From the NCBI GenBank assembly GCA_030696085.1, contig JAUYNL010000046.1:4696-68695 (forward strand): a DNA stretch of 64,000 nt, written 5' to 3'. The translations under genes and the position numbers were made by a program. Below the pieces are notes generated by a model. The model was not told the DNA's origin. It ran no database searches and saw only the letters and a list, made by a program, of their open reading frames with translations. This document shows positions 9,288 to 19,029 of this stretch, one piece after another. Source of the stretch: Luteolibacter sp. (GTDB taxonomy: Bacteria > Verrucomicrobiota > Verrucomicrobiia > Verrucomicrobiales > Akkermansiaceae). Within the stretch, counting starts at the first letter, position 1. Each line of letters opens with the position of its first letter.

Positions 9288-10703
9288 TTAGCGAATTCCC
9301 AACACTTTCGGCGGACTGGCACTGCCGAAGCGGTCGATCGCAGTCACCGCGATGGCGTCCGCCCGGGGAATGCTCATTTGTCCGGCTCCGGCGGATGCGA
9401 TTTTCAGCGTGCGCCAGGATCCTCCGTTGCGGGCCTGCACGGCGATCTTCGCGGTCTTGCCGTCCTGCTCCCAGCGGACCACCGTATTTCCGCCCGACAC
9501 CGAGGCGCTGACTCCCGGGGTGACCGGTACGCTCTTGCTCAGCCATGGCATCGGCGGGATGGCGGCAGGCTGGGTGTAGGTTCCCGCCAACCGGGTGGCG
9601 ATTCCTCCCCGATTGGTGACGAGGCTTTTCGCGCTCCAATGGATGTGGCCATTCCAGTTTTTGCCGATTTTACGGGTGAGATCGATCTGGTTGGTGATCT
9701 CGGATGCGGGGCGGCCGGGATCATCCGGGGAGTTGATGCGCGCGGTCGCAATGCCCGGCCAAACCGGGCGGCTGCCTTGGTTTCTCCACCATCCGAGCAG
9801 GGCGGGAAAACTCTGTTTCTGGGGTGAGATCCGCCAGTAAAGCTGCGGCGCGAGATAATCGACCCAGCCGTTTTTCAACCACTTGCGGGAATCGCCGGCA
9901 AGCTGCTCGTAGCTGTCGATCCCGGCCTCGATGCCGGATGGCACGCCGGGCCGCCAGATGCCGAAGGGACTGATGCCGACACGCACCCAGGATTTCTGGC
10001 GCTTCACGGCGGAATACAGGTTGCTCACGAAGCCATCGACGTAGGCGCGGCGCTGCGACGGGGATTTCCCATCCTGGAAACGCAGGCCGCCGCTGGGATA
10101 CGGATAGAAATAATCGTCGAGGTGGACGCCATCGATGTCGTAGCGGCGGACCACGTCCATAATCACGTTGAGGGCGCGGGTGCGGGTTTCCGGGTGGCCG
10201 GGATCGCACCAGGTCATCGTGCCATAGCGGCTGGTGATCTGCGGCATGGCGCGGGCGATGTGGTTTCCGGCGACCTGTTGGGAGTTGTTGGAAAGCGCGC
10301 GGAAGGGATTGAACCAGGCATGCACCTCGATGCCGCGCGCATGGGCCTCGCGGATGCAGAAGGCCAGCGGGTCATAGCCGGGCGAGCGCCCCATCGTGCC
10401 GGTGAGCCACGGGCTCCAGGGCTCGATCGATGACTGATAGAGGGCGTCGCACTGCGGGCGGACCTGGAAAACGACGGCATTCATTTTCAGGGCGGCCATC
10501 TTGTCGAGCATGGCGCGCAGTTCCGATTGTTGGGCGGACGCGCTGAGACCCTTGGAGCTCGGCCAATCGATGTTGTAGATCGAGGCGATCCAGGCCCCGC
10601 GGAACTCGCGGGCGATCTCCGGCGGCCGTTCGTTGACCGGCGCATAGGACTGGGCGCGGAGAGAGCAGGACAGCGCGATGGCAATCAGCAGGAATCGGAT
10701 CAT
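9288..10703 (-). CDS. glycosyl hydrolase-like family 10 (GHL10/YddW-YngK type) secreted protein
   Basis: Signal peptide MIRFLLIAIALSCSLRAQS, then FRGAWIASIYNIDWPS...MNAVVFQVRPQCDALY...GIEVHAWFNPF...DGVHLDDYFYP, followed by a C-terminal beta domain. Start re-picked to ATG 10703. Confidence 0.75.
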   Translation of the reverse strand: MIRFLLIAIALSCSLRAQSYAPVNERPPEIAREFRGAWIASIYNIDWPSSKGLSASAQQSELRAMLDKMAALKMNAVVFQVRPQCDALYQSSIEPWSPWLTGTMGRSPGYDPLAFCIREAHARGIEVHAWFNPFRALSNNSQQVAGNHIARAMPQITSRYGTMTWCDPGHPETRTRALNVIMDVVRRYDIDGVHLDDYFYPYPSGGLRFQDGKSPSQRRAYVDGFVSNLYSAVKRQKSWVRVGISPFGIWRPGVPSGIEAGIDSYEQLAGDSRKWLKNGWVDYLAPQLYWRISPQKQSFPALLGWWRNQGSRPVWPGIATARINSPDDPGRPASEITNQIDLTRKIGKNWNGHIHWSAKSLVTNRGGIATRLAGTYTQPAAIPPMPWLSKSVPVTPGVSASVSGGNTVVRWEQDGKTAKIAVQARNGGSWRTLKIASAGAGQMSIPRADAIAVTAIDRFGSASPPKVLGIR

Positions 10704-10825
10704 GGCCGCAGGATGCCGCACTTTACCGGAACCTGCAAGCGCCGGCGGCATCGGCGGCAAAAAGCCCGTGGAGCGACGGTGCGCATTCCACGGGCTGCTT
10801 GTTGAAGAATACTTCGAGCCGGAAA

Positions 10826-11257
10826 TCAGTATCTCTGGGCGCGGGAGTGATCGAAATAGGTTTCGAAGCCGAGTTCCGGCGGGAATTCCGAGAGGCCGTC
10901 ATGCACGTTCATTTCGATGCGGTTGTCCTCGCCGCAGCGCTCATACGGTGGCTTGAAGGTGCCGCGATAGGTCGGGCAGGTGAAGGTGAACAATTCATAG
11001 AAGCCGTAGCCGAGGCGGCGAAGAGCACGGTGGGTTCCATCCACGGCACCGTAGGTGGAGCCAGCCTTGCGACCGTAGGTTTCGTTCTTACGGACGATCT
11101 GCTCCGGGATTTCAACCGCGCCGTAGAGGATGTTGCTGAGCGCTCGACCGAGCTTGCGGCCCGCCGTGTAGGTGGATCCGGGAGGCGCATGAATATCGGC
11201 TGCGACAAAACCGGAAAGGGCTGCAAATGCGGTGGCGATGACCAGGAGTTTTTTCAT
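10826..11257 (-). CDS. secreted protein resembling the TIGR04073 exosortase-system-associated family
   Basis: Signal peptide MKKLLVIATAFAALSGFVAA, then RKLGRALSNILYGAVEIPEQI...GAVDGTHRALRRLGYGFYELFTFTCP. The family assignment is from memory of that motif pattern. Confidence 0.55.
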   Translation of the reverse strand: MKKLLVIATAFAALSGFVAADIHAPPGSTYTAGRKLGRALSNILYGAVEIPEQIVRKNETYGRKAGSTYGAVDGTHRALRRLGYGFYELFTFTCPTYRGTFKPPYERCGEDNRIEMNVHDGLSEFPPELGFETYFDHSRAQRY

Positions 11258-11333
11258 GCTGGGAAGAGGTTAATAATCATGTTCAGGGCTTGGCAACGGG
11301 AATTTTGGGATTTTTCAGCGAACCGGAGAATCC

Positions 11334-13199
11334 TCAGGGTTTCCGCCCGATTTCCAGCAGCATCGCCGAGCAGGGCGGGAGCGCGGGCAGGCACACTCCC
11401 ACCTCCGCCAGCGGGGCGCGGGCGGTGGTTTCACTCCATGCGGAATCGAGGCGATCCGTGAACGTCCATGAGGCATCTCCGGTGAGGCCAAGAAACATTT
11501 GCGCGTCATCGGGGATGCGGACCTTCACGCCGCGAAGGGTTTCGGAGCCATGGAAATTCGCCACCACGAGGAAGGCCTGACCGGTCTTGGTATCGCGGCG
11601 GAGGAAGGCATAGAGCCAGTGGCCGGAGGCGCTCTCATCCCCTACCCTGCCGAAGTCCGGATTCTCCTGATTGGCGTGGTTCAGGCCGTAGAACTCGCCG
11701 GCGGTGAAGGCGCGCGCCTGAGTGGCGCGGATGAGCTTTCCGTACCACTCGCGCAATGATTTCTGCCCGGCGCTCAGGCGACCGCCATCGAATTTCCCGC
11801 CGTTCACCCACTTGGTGAACTCGGGCATCGACCAGTAGTCGAAAATCGTGGTGCGCGCGTCATCGCCGCCGAATCCCTCCTCGCCCGCGGCGGGCTCACC
11901 CACCTCCTGGCCGTGATAGAGCATCACCGGCCCGCGACCCATCGCGAAGAGCACGGCGGAAACCGGCTTGCCGGCCTTCATGCCGAGGCCGCCCCATTCC
12001 TTCGGGCTGGCGATGCGCACTTCATCGTGGTTTTCGGCGTAGCGCAGCGAGCGGTGGAAACGTTTTCCGGTGAACGTGAGCGGATCGAGATCATTGGCCC
12101 ATTTTCCCGAATCATACAGTCCCTCCAGCACATCATAGGAAGGGTCGTCATAAACCGCGTCGAAACCCGCAGCTAACAATTCATCGAGCACATGCCCATC
12201 GGCGAGTTTCGCGGGATCGTTCTCATAGGCCTCCGCCGAGAAAAACACGTCCGGATTGCGCGAGCGGCAGCGTTTGACCGTCCAGCGCCAGAAGTCCATG
12301 GGCACCATGTGGGCCATGTCCACGCGGAATCCATCCACTCCCATGGCCTGCCAATGTGCGAGAATCTCGTCCATGGTGCGCCAGGTTTTCGGCACCTCGG
12401 AGGGGGCGGCGTCCGGTCCCGGCAGGTGCGAGGTATCGCGGCCGGTGGTGAAATCATGGCCGTAGTTGAGCTTCACCGTTTCATACCAATCGTTGATGGA
12501 CGGCTCCCAGGAAATCACGTTGTTGCCCGTCACGCGGCCGAATTCCGTTTCCGGCTCGAAGCGCCCGTCGCAGCCCGGTTTTCCCGCAGTCGGCAGTTTG
12601 AGCGGCGGCCCGCCACCCGGATGATGCGCCTGCAGATAGAAGAAGTGGTTGTCGCGCGCAAAGAACACGCCGCGGTCATCGCCCTCGCCGAACGAATGTT
12701 CCGGCCGGACATCCGACTGATAGGAACGCGCCACATGATTGGGCACGAAATCGATGATGACGCGCATGTCATGCTGTTTGCAGCGCTGCAGCAGGGCCTT
12801 GAACTCATCCAACCGCTTGTCGGGATCCACCGCGTAGTCCGGGCAGACATCGAAGTAATCCTTGATGGCGTAGGGACTGCCCGCGATGCCTTTGAGGATG
12901 TCCGGATCGTCGGCCGGGCGTTTCGGATAGGCCGTGCCGCTAGCCTGTTCCAGCACGCCGGTGAGCCATAGGTGGGTGAAACCCATTTCCTTGAGGGATT
13001 CCAGCGCCGCGGGAGTGATCTGGGCGAATTTCCCGCAGCCATTCTCGGCGAGCGTTCCGTTGGTTTTACGAGTCTCGTTGATGTTGCCGAAGGTCCGGAC
13101 CATGAGTTGGTAGATCACGGGGCGGTTCTTCTGCTCGGCGCGGCAGTTGAAACTCATCGCCGCGATCAAAACACCAGAAAGCAGAATTTGCCAAGTCAT
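11334..13199 (-). CDS. alpha-amylase family (GH13) glycoside hydrolase, secreted
   Basis: Signal peptide, then GFTHLWLTGVLE, VIIDFVPNHVA (region I), GVDGFRVDMAHM (region II, catalytic Asp), FSAEAYE (region III), YAENHDE (region IV). Confidence 0.88.
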   Translation of the reverse strand: MTWQILLSGVLIAAMSFNCRAEQKNRPVIYQLMVRTFGNINETRKTNGTLAENGCGKFAQITPAALESLKEMGFTHLWLTGVLEQASGTAYPKRPADDPDILKGIAGSPYAIKDYFDVCPDYAVDPDKRLDEFKALLQRCKQHDMRVIIDFVPNHVARSYQSDVRPEHSFGEGDDRGVFFARDNHFFYLQAHHPGGGPPLKLPTAGKPGCDGRFEPETEFGRVTGNNVISWEPSINDWYETVKLNYGHDFTTGRDTSHLPGPDAAPSEVPKTWRTMDEILAHWQAMGVDGFRVDMAHMVPMDFWRWTVKRCRSRNPDVFFSAEAYENDPAKLADGHVLDELLAAGFDAVYDDPSYDVLEGLYDSGKWANDLDPLTFTGKRFHRSLRYAENHDEVRIASPKEWGGLGMKAGKPVSAVLFAMGRGPVMLYHGQEVGEPAAGEEGFGGDDARTTIFDYWSMPEFTKWVNGGKFDGGRLSAGQKSLREWYGKLIRATQARAFTAGEFYGLNHANQENPDFGRVGDESASGHWLYAFLRRDTKTGQAFLVVANFHGSETLRGVKVRIPDDAQMFLGLTGDASWTFTDRLDSAWSETTARAPLAEVGVCLPALPPCSAMLLEIGRKP

Positions 13200-14914
13200 G
13201 GTTGGGAGGAATTTCCGGTTTCCGACTCATCACCCACGATCAGGGTGGCCACCGAGGCGATCGCCATTGATAGACCGCCGGCCAGCACCGCCTTCATCGC
13301 ATCCCCGCCGAGCAGCGAATCCACCAGTTTGCCCAGCGCCACGGCGGCCAGGATCTGTGGCAGCACGATGAAGAAATTGAAAACTCCCATGTAAAAGCCC
13401 ATCTTGTTACCGGGAATCACGTTGGCGAGCATCGCGTAGGGCATCGAAAGGATCGACGCCCACGCGACTCCCACCCCGACCATCGAAAGAAGCAACAGCG
13501 CCGGTTGTTTGACTAGAAAGGCGGATGCCAGACCGGCCGCGCCCACCGCCAGACAAATCATATGGATGCGCCTGGCCGCCATAAAGCGGGTCAATGCCAG
13601 CAGCACGAATGAAAACCCGAATGCGACGAGGTTATAGGTCGAAAAACACACACCGCCCCATGCGGTGCCCTCCTGATAGCGCCGCGCCGAGGCCAGCGTG
13701 TCCCGCAGGCTCCCGGCCGCGACCGCGATCCCGGTGGCCTCCGCCGAATCCACCTGATGGGTGGCCAGCGCCAGGGCGAAACTCTGGACCAGCGGACTCT
13801 CTCTTTCGTTTTCCGAAGGGGCCTTCGTGGAAACGGCGGCCTCGCGGATCAAGCCTTCGAGGATGGGCGCGTCGATGCGCTCTCCGGCATCCGGATCCGC
13901 CGGGCTGAGGCCGAACATCTGAAGCATCGCTCCATACCAGGGTTTCGGCGCGAGCGCCGCCTTCGCCTCATCGGCGAGCGCGGATTTTTTCGCCTCATAG
14001 GCCTTGGCGAGGGCAGCCGCGGGAGCGAGCCATCGCGTTTCCTTTTCGATCCGCTCCTTGGACTCCTCGTCATGCAGGCCCAGCGGCACGCCGCCGAACA
14101 CCCCCTTGCCCACCGCGGGCACGAAATAAATCCACATGCAGAACAAGGCCAGCCAGGTGAAAAACTGCACCACCGAGAGCTGCTTCATCGCCGTGGGCAT
14201 CGAACCGATCCCCTGGAAAATTTCTCGAAACGCGTGGCCGACCCCGGATTTTTCGCGCTTCATCGCCTCGAACTCCGCCATGTCGTCGGGCGGATACTCG
14301 CGGGTGGATAGAATGGTCACCATCACCGCGGCGATGAACACCCCCGCGCCGATGTAGAATGCCAGCTTCACCGCCGGAGGAATCGGACTGTCCACCGTGG
14401 CCTCCTTGCTCACGCCGAAACCATTGGTCAGGATGAAGGGCAGCGCGGAGGAAAGCACCGCGCCCAGCCCGATGAGCAGGCTCTGCATCGCAAAGCCGCT
14501 CTTGCGCTGAGCTTTGGGCAGCATGTCGCCCACGAAGGCCCGGAACGGCTCCATGCTGATGTTCACCGAGGCGTCCAGAATCCATAACAGGCCCGCCGCC
14601 ACCCATAGCGAGGGCGAGTTCGGCATCGCGATCAACGCCAGGCTCGCCAGGATCGCCCCGGTCAGGAAATACGGCCGCCGCCGCCCGAGCCGCGTCCAGG
14701 TCCTGTCGCTGTAATAACCGATGATCGGCTGCACGATCAGACCTGTCAGCGGTGCGGCGAGCCAGAGGATCGGGATGTCCTTCTCATCGGCCCCGAGAAA
14801 CTGATAGATCGACGACATGTTCGCCATCTGCAGGCCCCAGCCGAACTGGATGCCGAGGAAACCAAAGGACATGTTCCAGATCTGCCAGAACGAGAGGCGG
14901 GGTTTTTCATTCAT
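13196..14914 (-). CDS. MFS sugar transporter, SLC45/GPH-like, with a large internal insertion
   Basis: SFWQIWNMSFGFLGIQFGWGLQMANMSSIY...YYSDRTWTRLGRRRPYFL is typical of sucrose/maltose:H+ symporter-like MFS proteins. There is a 4-nt overlap with the GH13 gene. Start re-picked to ATG 14914. Confidence 0.8.
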   Translation of the reverse strand: MNEKPRLSFWQIWNMSFGFLGIQFGWGLQMANMSSIYQFLGADEKDIPILWLAAPLTGLIVQPIIGYYSDRTWTRLGRRRPYFLTGAILASLALIAMPNSPSLWVAAGLLWILDASVNISMEPFRAFVGDMLPKAQRKSGFAMQSLLIGLGAVLSSALPFILTNGFGVSKEATVDSPIPPAVKLAFYIGAGVFIAAVMVTILSTREYPPDDMAEFEAMKREKSGVGHAFREIFQGIGSMPTAMKQLSVVQFFTWLALFCMWIYFVPAVGKGVFGGVPLGLHDEESKERIEKETRWLAPAAALAKAYEAKKSALADEAKAALAPKPWYGAMLQMFGLSPADPDAGERIDAPILEGLIREAAVSTKAPSENERESPLVQSFALALATHQVDSAEATGIAVAAGSLRDTLASARRYQEGTAWGGVCFSTYNLVAFGFSFVLLALTRFMAARRIHMICLAVGAAGLASAFLVKQPALLLLSMVGVGVAWASILSMPYAMLANVIPGNKMGFYMGVFNFFIVLPQILAAVALGKLVDSLLGGDAMKAVLAGGLSMAIASVATLIVGDESETGNSSQP

Positions 14915-15024
14915 GAGCGGGCGGGGTTTGGGCCGCACGGACGCTAACACGCGCCCCTCCTCATCCGGCAAGCACCACCATGCGGATGGAAACTTTCCTT
15001 AAACCATCGCCCGGAAGCGACATA

Positions 15025-15303
15025 TCAACGATGCCGGTCGCGTTCCTCGCGGATCACCGCCAGCGCGTCATACAGCGCGAAGAGCATCACCATGCAGGTG
15101 AGCCCCGCGCAGCCCGCCCACCAGAGCAGGAAGCACCACGGATTCGCGGCCAGCCAGCCAGCGATGGCCCACAGCCCCGCGGCCATCATCAGCAGGGCGG
15201 CGAGCAGCAGCCGGTCGATCACCTTGCGCCGCGCCGCGCGGTCACGGAGGATCGCCCGGGCGATTCCCTTGCAGTCGTTCCATCCGGTCTTGCCAGCCGC
15301 CAT
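15025..15303 (-). CDS. hypothetical small membrane protein (two predicted TM helices)
   Basis: 92 aa: ...RRKVIDRLLLAALLMMAAGLWAIAGWLAANPWCFLLWWAGCAGLTCMVMLFALYDAL... It heads the minus-strand sugar cluster. I recognise no family. Confidence 0.4.
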   Translation of the reverse strand: MAAGKTGWNDCKGIARAILRDRAARRKVIDRLLLAALLMMAAGLWAIAGWLAANPWCFLLWWAGCAGLTCMVMLFALYDALAVIREERDRHR

Positions 15304-15417
15304 GCGCCCAGTTCATCCCGGCGGAGTTCGCCATCCAAGCGGGAAATGAGCGGCTCTTTTTCCCAAACGGCGCTTTTCCCATCGCCGCATCTTCGACCGG
15401 GTGATACACGAACGTCC

Positions 15418-16329
15418 ATGGATCGCAGACGTTTCCTCACTCTCTCCGCTGTGGCGGTCTCATCCACCCAGACCCGGGCGCAGTCCGCGGAGTCGGATGA
15501 AAAACCGCTTCTTTCCTTCGGCCTGATCACGGATGTGCAGTATGCCGACGCCGACCCGGAGGGCGAACGCCATTACCGGACATCGATCCCGAAACTGAAA
15601 ACCGCCGCCGCGGATCTCGCCCGGGAAAACCTGCCCTTCACCCTGCATCTCGGCGATGTGATCGACCGTGATTTCAAATCCTTCGCGGAAATCATGCCTC
15701 ACTTCGAAGGGCTCGGCCATCCGATCCGCCATTTGTTGGGAAACCACGACTATAGCGTCAAGGACGACGAAAAAAGCAAGGTGCCCGCCACCCTCGAAAT
15801 GCCGGCGGATTATTACGCATTCTCCGCCGCCGGCGTGCGTTTCGTGATGCTCGATACCAATGAAATCTCCACCTACAAACACCCCGCCGGCAGCGAGGCG
15901 GACCGCAAGGCCGAGGCTGAATTGCAGCAGTTGACCGCGGAAGGCAGCACCCATGCCAAGCCCTGGAGCGGAGGAGCCTCCGGCGATCAACTCGTGTGGC
16001 TCGAAAAGGAACTCGCCGCCGCAGACACCGCGAAGGAGCCGGTCATCGTGTGCAGCCACCATCCGCTCCTGCCGGAGGACGATCACCGGGCGTGGAACGA
16101 CCGCGAGATCCTCGCCGTGATCGCGCGCCACACCTCGGTCCGCGCCTGTTTCTGCGGTCACTATCATGCGGGGGCGGAAACCATTTCCAAGGGCATCCCC
16201 TTCATCACCTTCAAATCCCTGCTGCATGAGCCGGATCTCACCGCCTACGCCGTGATCCGCTTGTTCAGGAAGCGCCTCGTCATCGAAGGCCGCGGCCGCG
16301 AGAAATCCCGGGAAATCCCTCTGCCATGA
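15418..16329 (+). CDS. metallophosphoesterase with a Tat-type signal (ADP-ribose/CDP-alcohol diphosphatase-like)
   Basis: Start re-picked to ATG 15418: MDRRRFLTLSAVAVSSTQTRAQ. Then GLITDVQYAD, HLGDVID, GNHD, VCSHHP, CGHYH, which are calcineurin-like phosphoesterase motifs. Confidence 0.8.
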   Translation: MDRRRFLTLSAVAVSSTQTRAQSAESDEKPLLSFGLITDVQYADADPEGERHYRTSIPKLKTAAADLARENLPFTLHLGDVIDRDFKSFAEIMPHFEGLGHPIRHLLGNHDYSVKDDEKSKVPATLEMPADYYAFSAAGVRFVMLDTNEISTYKHPAGSEADRKAEAELQQLTAEGSTHAKPWSGGASGDQLVWLEKELAAADTAKEPVIVCSHHPLLPEDDHRAWNDREILAVIARHTSVRACFCGHYHAGAETISKGIPFITFKSLLHEPDLTAYAVIRLFRKRLVIEGRGREKSREIPLP

Positions 16330-16430
16330 ATCCCGGCCATCTCCGCACGGTTTTTTCAAATGCGTAAAATGCGCAGATTAGAGTAAATCAGGCGAAGCCA
16401 TTTAGGACTTCGGGGTCTTCAATTCAAATC

Positions 16431-17546
16431 GTGATCAACACCACCACCCCACAGGAACCCGCCGGCATGCCGGGGATGGACAGCTACGATTTCGAGGATC
16501 GTCCGTTTCTCGTGTTCTGGGAAATCACGCGCTCCTGCGCCCTCGCATGCAGCCATTGCCGGGCGGAGGCGCAACCGCACCGCCACCCGGAGGAACTCGA
16601 TTCCGAGCAGTCGCTGCGCCTGATCAGCCAGTTCGCCGAGTGGAAACCGCCGATGCTCATTCTCACCGGCGGCGATCCGCTGATGCGCCGCGACGCGCTT
16701 GATCTGGTGCGCGCCGCCGCAAACTCGGGGCTTCACGTCGGACTCAGCCCATCGGCCACCGAACGGCTCCTCCACACGGATTTCGCGGAACTTAGGGCCG
16801 CCGGTGTGCAGCGGATGTCCCTGAGCCTCGATGGAGCCACCCGCGAGACCCACGACAGCTTCCGCGGCGTGACCGGCACCTACGACCGGACCATCGAGGC
16901 CGTGCGCCGCGCCCACGAAGTGGGACTCAGCCTGCAAATCAACACCACCCTCACCCGCGGCAACATGAACGAATACGAGGCTTTCAAAAACCTCATGTTC
17001 GAGCTGAAACCAGCGATGTGGAGCGTGTTTCTGCTGGTTCCCACCGGCCGCGCCGGCTTGGCGGACATGCCGGACGCCGAGGATGTCGAACGCGTCTTCG
17101 AGGACATGGCGGGCCTGGTCGGCAAGGCTCCCTTCGCGGTAAAAACCACCGAAGGCCACCATTTCCGGCGCGTCGTCATGCAGAAAATGGGCGGCGGCGC
17201 GTCACGTCCGCGTCCCGGCATGCGCTCGCCACTCGGCATCCGCGATGGACGCGGCGTGATGTTCGTTTCCCACACCGGCGATGTCTCACCCAGCGGCTTC
17301 CTGCCGATGGTTTGCGGCAACGTGAAAACCACTCATCCGGCGGACATCTATCGCAAGCATCCGCTTTTCGTCTCGCTGCGCGACAACGACGCCCTCGGCG
17401 GAAAATGCGGCCTCTGCGAATTCCGCAAAGTCTGCGGCGGGTCGCGCTCCCGGGCATACGGCATTTATGGCGATCCTTTCGCCGAAGACCCATCCTGCGT
17501 TTACATCCCGAAAAAGGCACAACAACCCACCACCAACACACCATGA
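16431..17546 (+). CDS. radical SAM/SPASM domain protein (NirJ/AhbD-like, TIGR04053-like)
   Basis: FEDRPFLVFWEITRSCALACSHCRAEA (CxxxCxxC), LILTGGDPLMR, and a C-terminal Cys cluster GKCGLCEFRKVCGGSRSRAY (SPASM). GTG start at 16431. ATG 16467 is an alternative. Confidence 0.8.
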   Translation: MINTTTPQEPAGMPGMDSYDFEDRPFLVFWEITRSCALACSHCRAEAQPHRHPEELDSEQSLRLISQFAEWKPPMLILTGGDPLMRRDALDLVRAAANSGLHVGLSPSATERLLHTDFAELRAAGVQRMSLSLDGATRETHDSFRGVTGTYDRTIEAVRRAHEVGLSLQINTTLTRGNMNEYEAFKNLMFELKPAMWSVFLLVPTGRAGLADMPDAEDVERVFEDMAGLVGKAPFAVKTTEGHHFRRVVMQKMGGGASRPRPGMRSPLGIRDGRGVMFVSHTGDVSPSGFLPMVCGNVKTTHPADIYRKHPLFVSLRDNDALGGKCGLCEFRKVCGGSRSRAYGIYGDPFAEDPSCVYIPKKAQQPTTNTP

Positions 17547-18799
17547 TCAATCTCACCAAGCTCTGGACCGGCGTCGCACAACCCGCCGACTCACTCCGCT
17601 ACGGCCACGCCTCCGGACACCCGGCGAACCACGCCAGCAATGGCAGCGACACCTGCATGCCAGTCGCCGCGCGCGCCCGCAAGCCCATCACCGTCTGGAA
17701 CATCACCCGCACCTGCAACCTGCGCTGCGTCCATTGCTACTCGGACTCGATGGCCATGCAATATCCCGGCGAACTCACCTGGGAGCAGATGAAAACCGTC
17801 GTCGATGACCTCTCCGCCTATCAGGTCCCCTCGCTGCTGCTCTCCGGCGGCGAACCCATGATCCACCCGCGCTTTTTCGACCTCGTCGATTACGCCACCG
17901 AAAAGGGCCTCAAGCTCACCATTTCCACCAACGGCACGCTCATCACGCCGGAAAAAGCCGCGCTGCTCAAAGCCGCAAAGGTCGCCTACGTCGGCATCTC
18001 GCTCGATGGCATCGGCAAAATCCACGACGAGTTCCGCCGCAAGGAAGGCGCCTTCGATGCCGCCGTGCGCGGCTTCAAGAACTGCCACGATGTGGACCAG
18101 AAAACAGGTCTTCGCCTCACGCTCACCCGCCACAATGTGGAGAACATCAACCAGATCCTCGACTTCATCGAAGACAAGGAGATCAAGCGTGTTTGTTTCT
18201 ATCACCTCGTGCCCGCCGGCCGCGGCAGCGAGATGCAGGTGCTCGGCGCCGCGGAAGCCCGCGGCGCCATCGACACCCTCATCTCCCGCGTCGAGTCATG
18301 GCACAAGCATGGCATCGACCGCGAACTGCTCACCGTCACCCAGCCCGCCGACGGCGCGTATCTGCTCGTCCGGATGGAGAATGAAAACCATCCGAATCTC
18401 GCCGAGGCCCGCCGCCTGCTCTCATGGAACGGCGGCGGCGCGAACAGCTCCGGCCGCGGCATCGCCAACATCGACACCCAGGGCAGCGTCCACCCCGACC
18501 AGTTCTGGCAGGACATCATCCTCGGCAACGTCAAACAAATGCCCTTCTCCGAAATCTGGGAAGGCAAAAACCCGGACTCCGCCGAGACCCTCGCGTCCAT
18601 CCGCTCCATCGGCCTGCTCACGCAGGAAGAACGCCAGGCCCGCATGACCGGCCCTTGCGCGGATTGCAAATGGTTCCCGATCTGCGGCGGCGGCTTCCGC
18701 ACCCGCGCCGCCTTCTGCAACAACGGCGATCTCTGGGGCTCCGATCCCGGCTGCTATCTCAGCGATGAGGAGCGCCTCGCCGCCTGCGCCGTGGCGTGA
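17543..18799 (+). CDS. radical SAM/SPASM domain protein (NirJ/AhbC-like)
   Basis: Start re-picked to ATG 17543 (an ATGA overlap with the upstream gene): MINLTKLWTGVAQPADSLRYGH...VWNITRTCNLRCVHCYSDS, LLLSGGEPMIH, and C-terminal CADCKWFPICGGGFRTRA. Confidence 0.8.
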   Translation: MINLTKLWTGVAQPADSLRYGHASGHPANHASNGSDTCMPVAARARKPITVWNITRTCNLRCVHCYSDSMAMQYPGELTWEQMKTVVDDLSAYQVPSLLLSGGEPMIHPRFFDLVDYATEKGLKLTISTNGTLITPEKAALLKAAKVAYVGISLDGIGKIHDEFRRKEGAFDAAVRGFKNCHDVDQKTGLRLTLTRHNVENINQILDFIEDKEIKRVCFYHLVPAGRGSEMQVLGAAEARGAIDTLISRVESWHKHGIDRELLTVTQPADGAYLLVRMENENHPNLAEARRLLSWNGGGANSSGRGIANIDTQGSVHPDQFWQDIILGNVKQMPFSEIWEGKNPDSAETLASIRSIGLLTQEERQARMTGPCADCKWFPICGGGFRTRAAFCNNGDLWGSDPGCYLSDEERLAACAVA

Positions 18800-18908
18800 A
18801 TTCGGGCTCTTCTCCCACCTCAAGCCCGCAAAGAGGATGTCGGCGAATACCGGTGGCGATGCTGGCGCAAATTGACAGCGAGCTGACAGCAAGGTTTCGT
18901 TCGACCCA

Positions 18909-18945
18909 CAAAAAAGGGAGCTTTTGGGCTCCCTAAGTCTTTTAT
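18909..18945. terminator. bidirectional rho-independent terminator-like hairpin
   Basis: AGGGAGC-TTTTGG-GCTCCCT (18915-18934). It is flanked by an A6 run on one side and a T-rich run on the other, so it is followed by a U-tract on both strands. It lies downstream of tRNA-Lys (minus strand) and of the radical SAM pair (plus strand). Confidence 0.6.
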
Positions 18946-18953
18946 TTTAAGAG

Positions 18954-19029
<76 letters not shown>

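Noticed and set aside
14980-15417. Long N-terminal extensions of track ORFs (14980, 17018, 20725, 22805..23836, 25882..26991, 32169..33833, 52199..52936, 61580)
   Set aside because: The extensions are Arg/Pro/Gly-rich, overlap neighbouring genes, and precede obvious native N-termini such as a Tat signal, a radical SAM start or DxGGT. I re-picked internal start codons instead.
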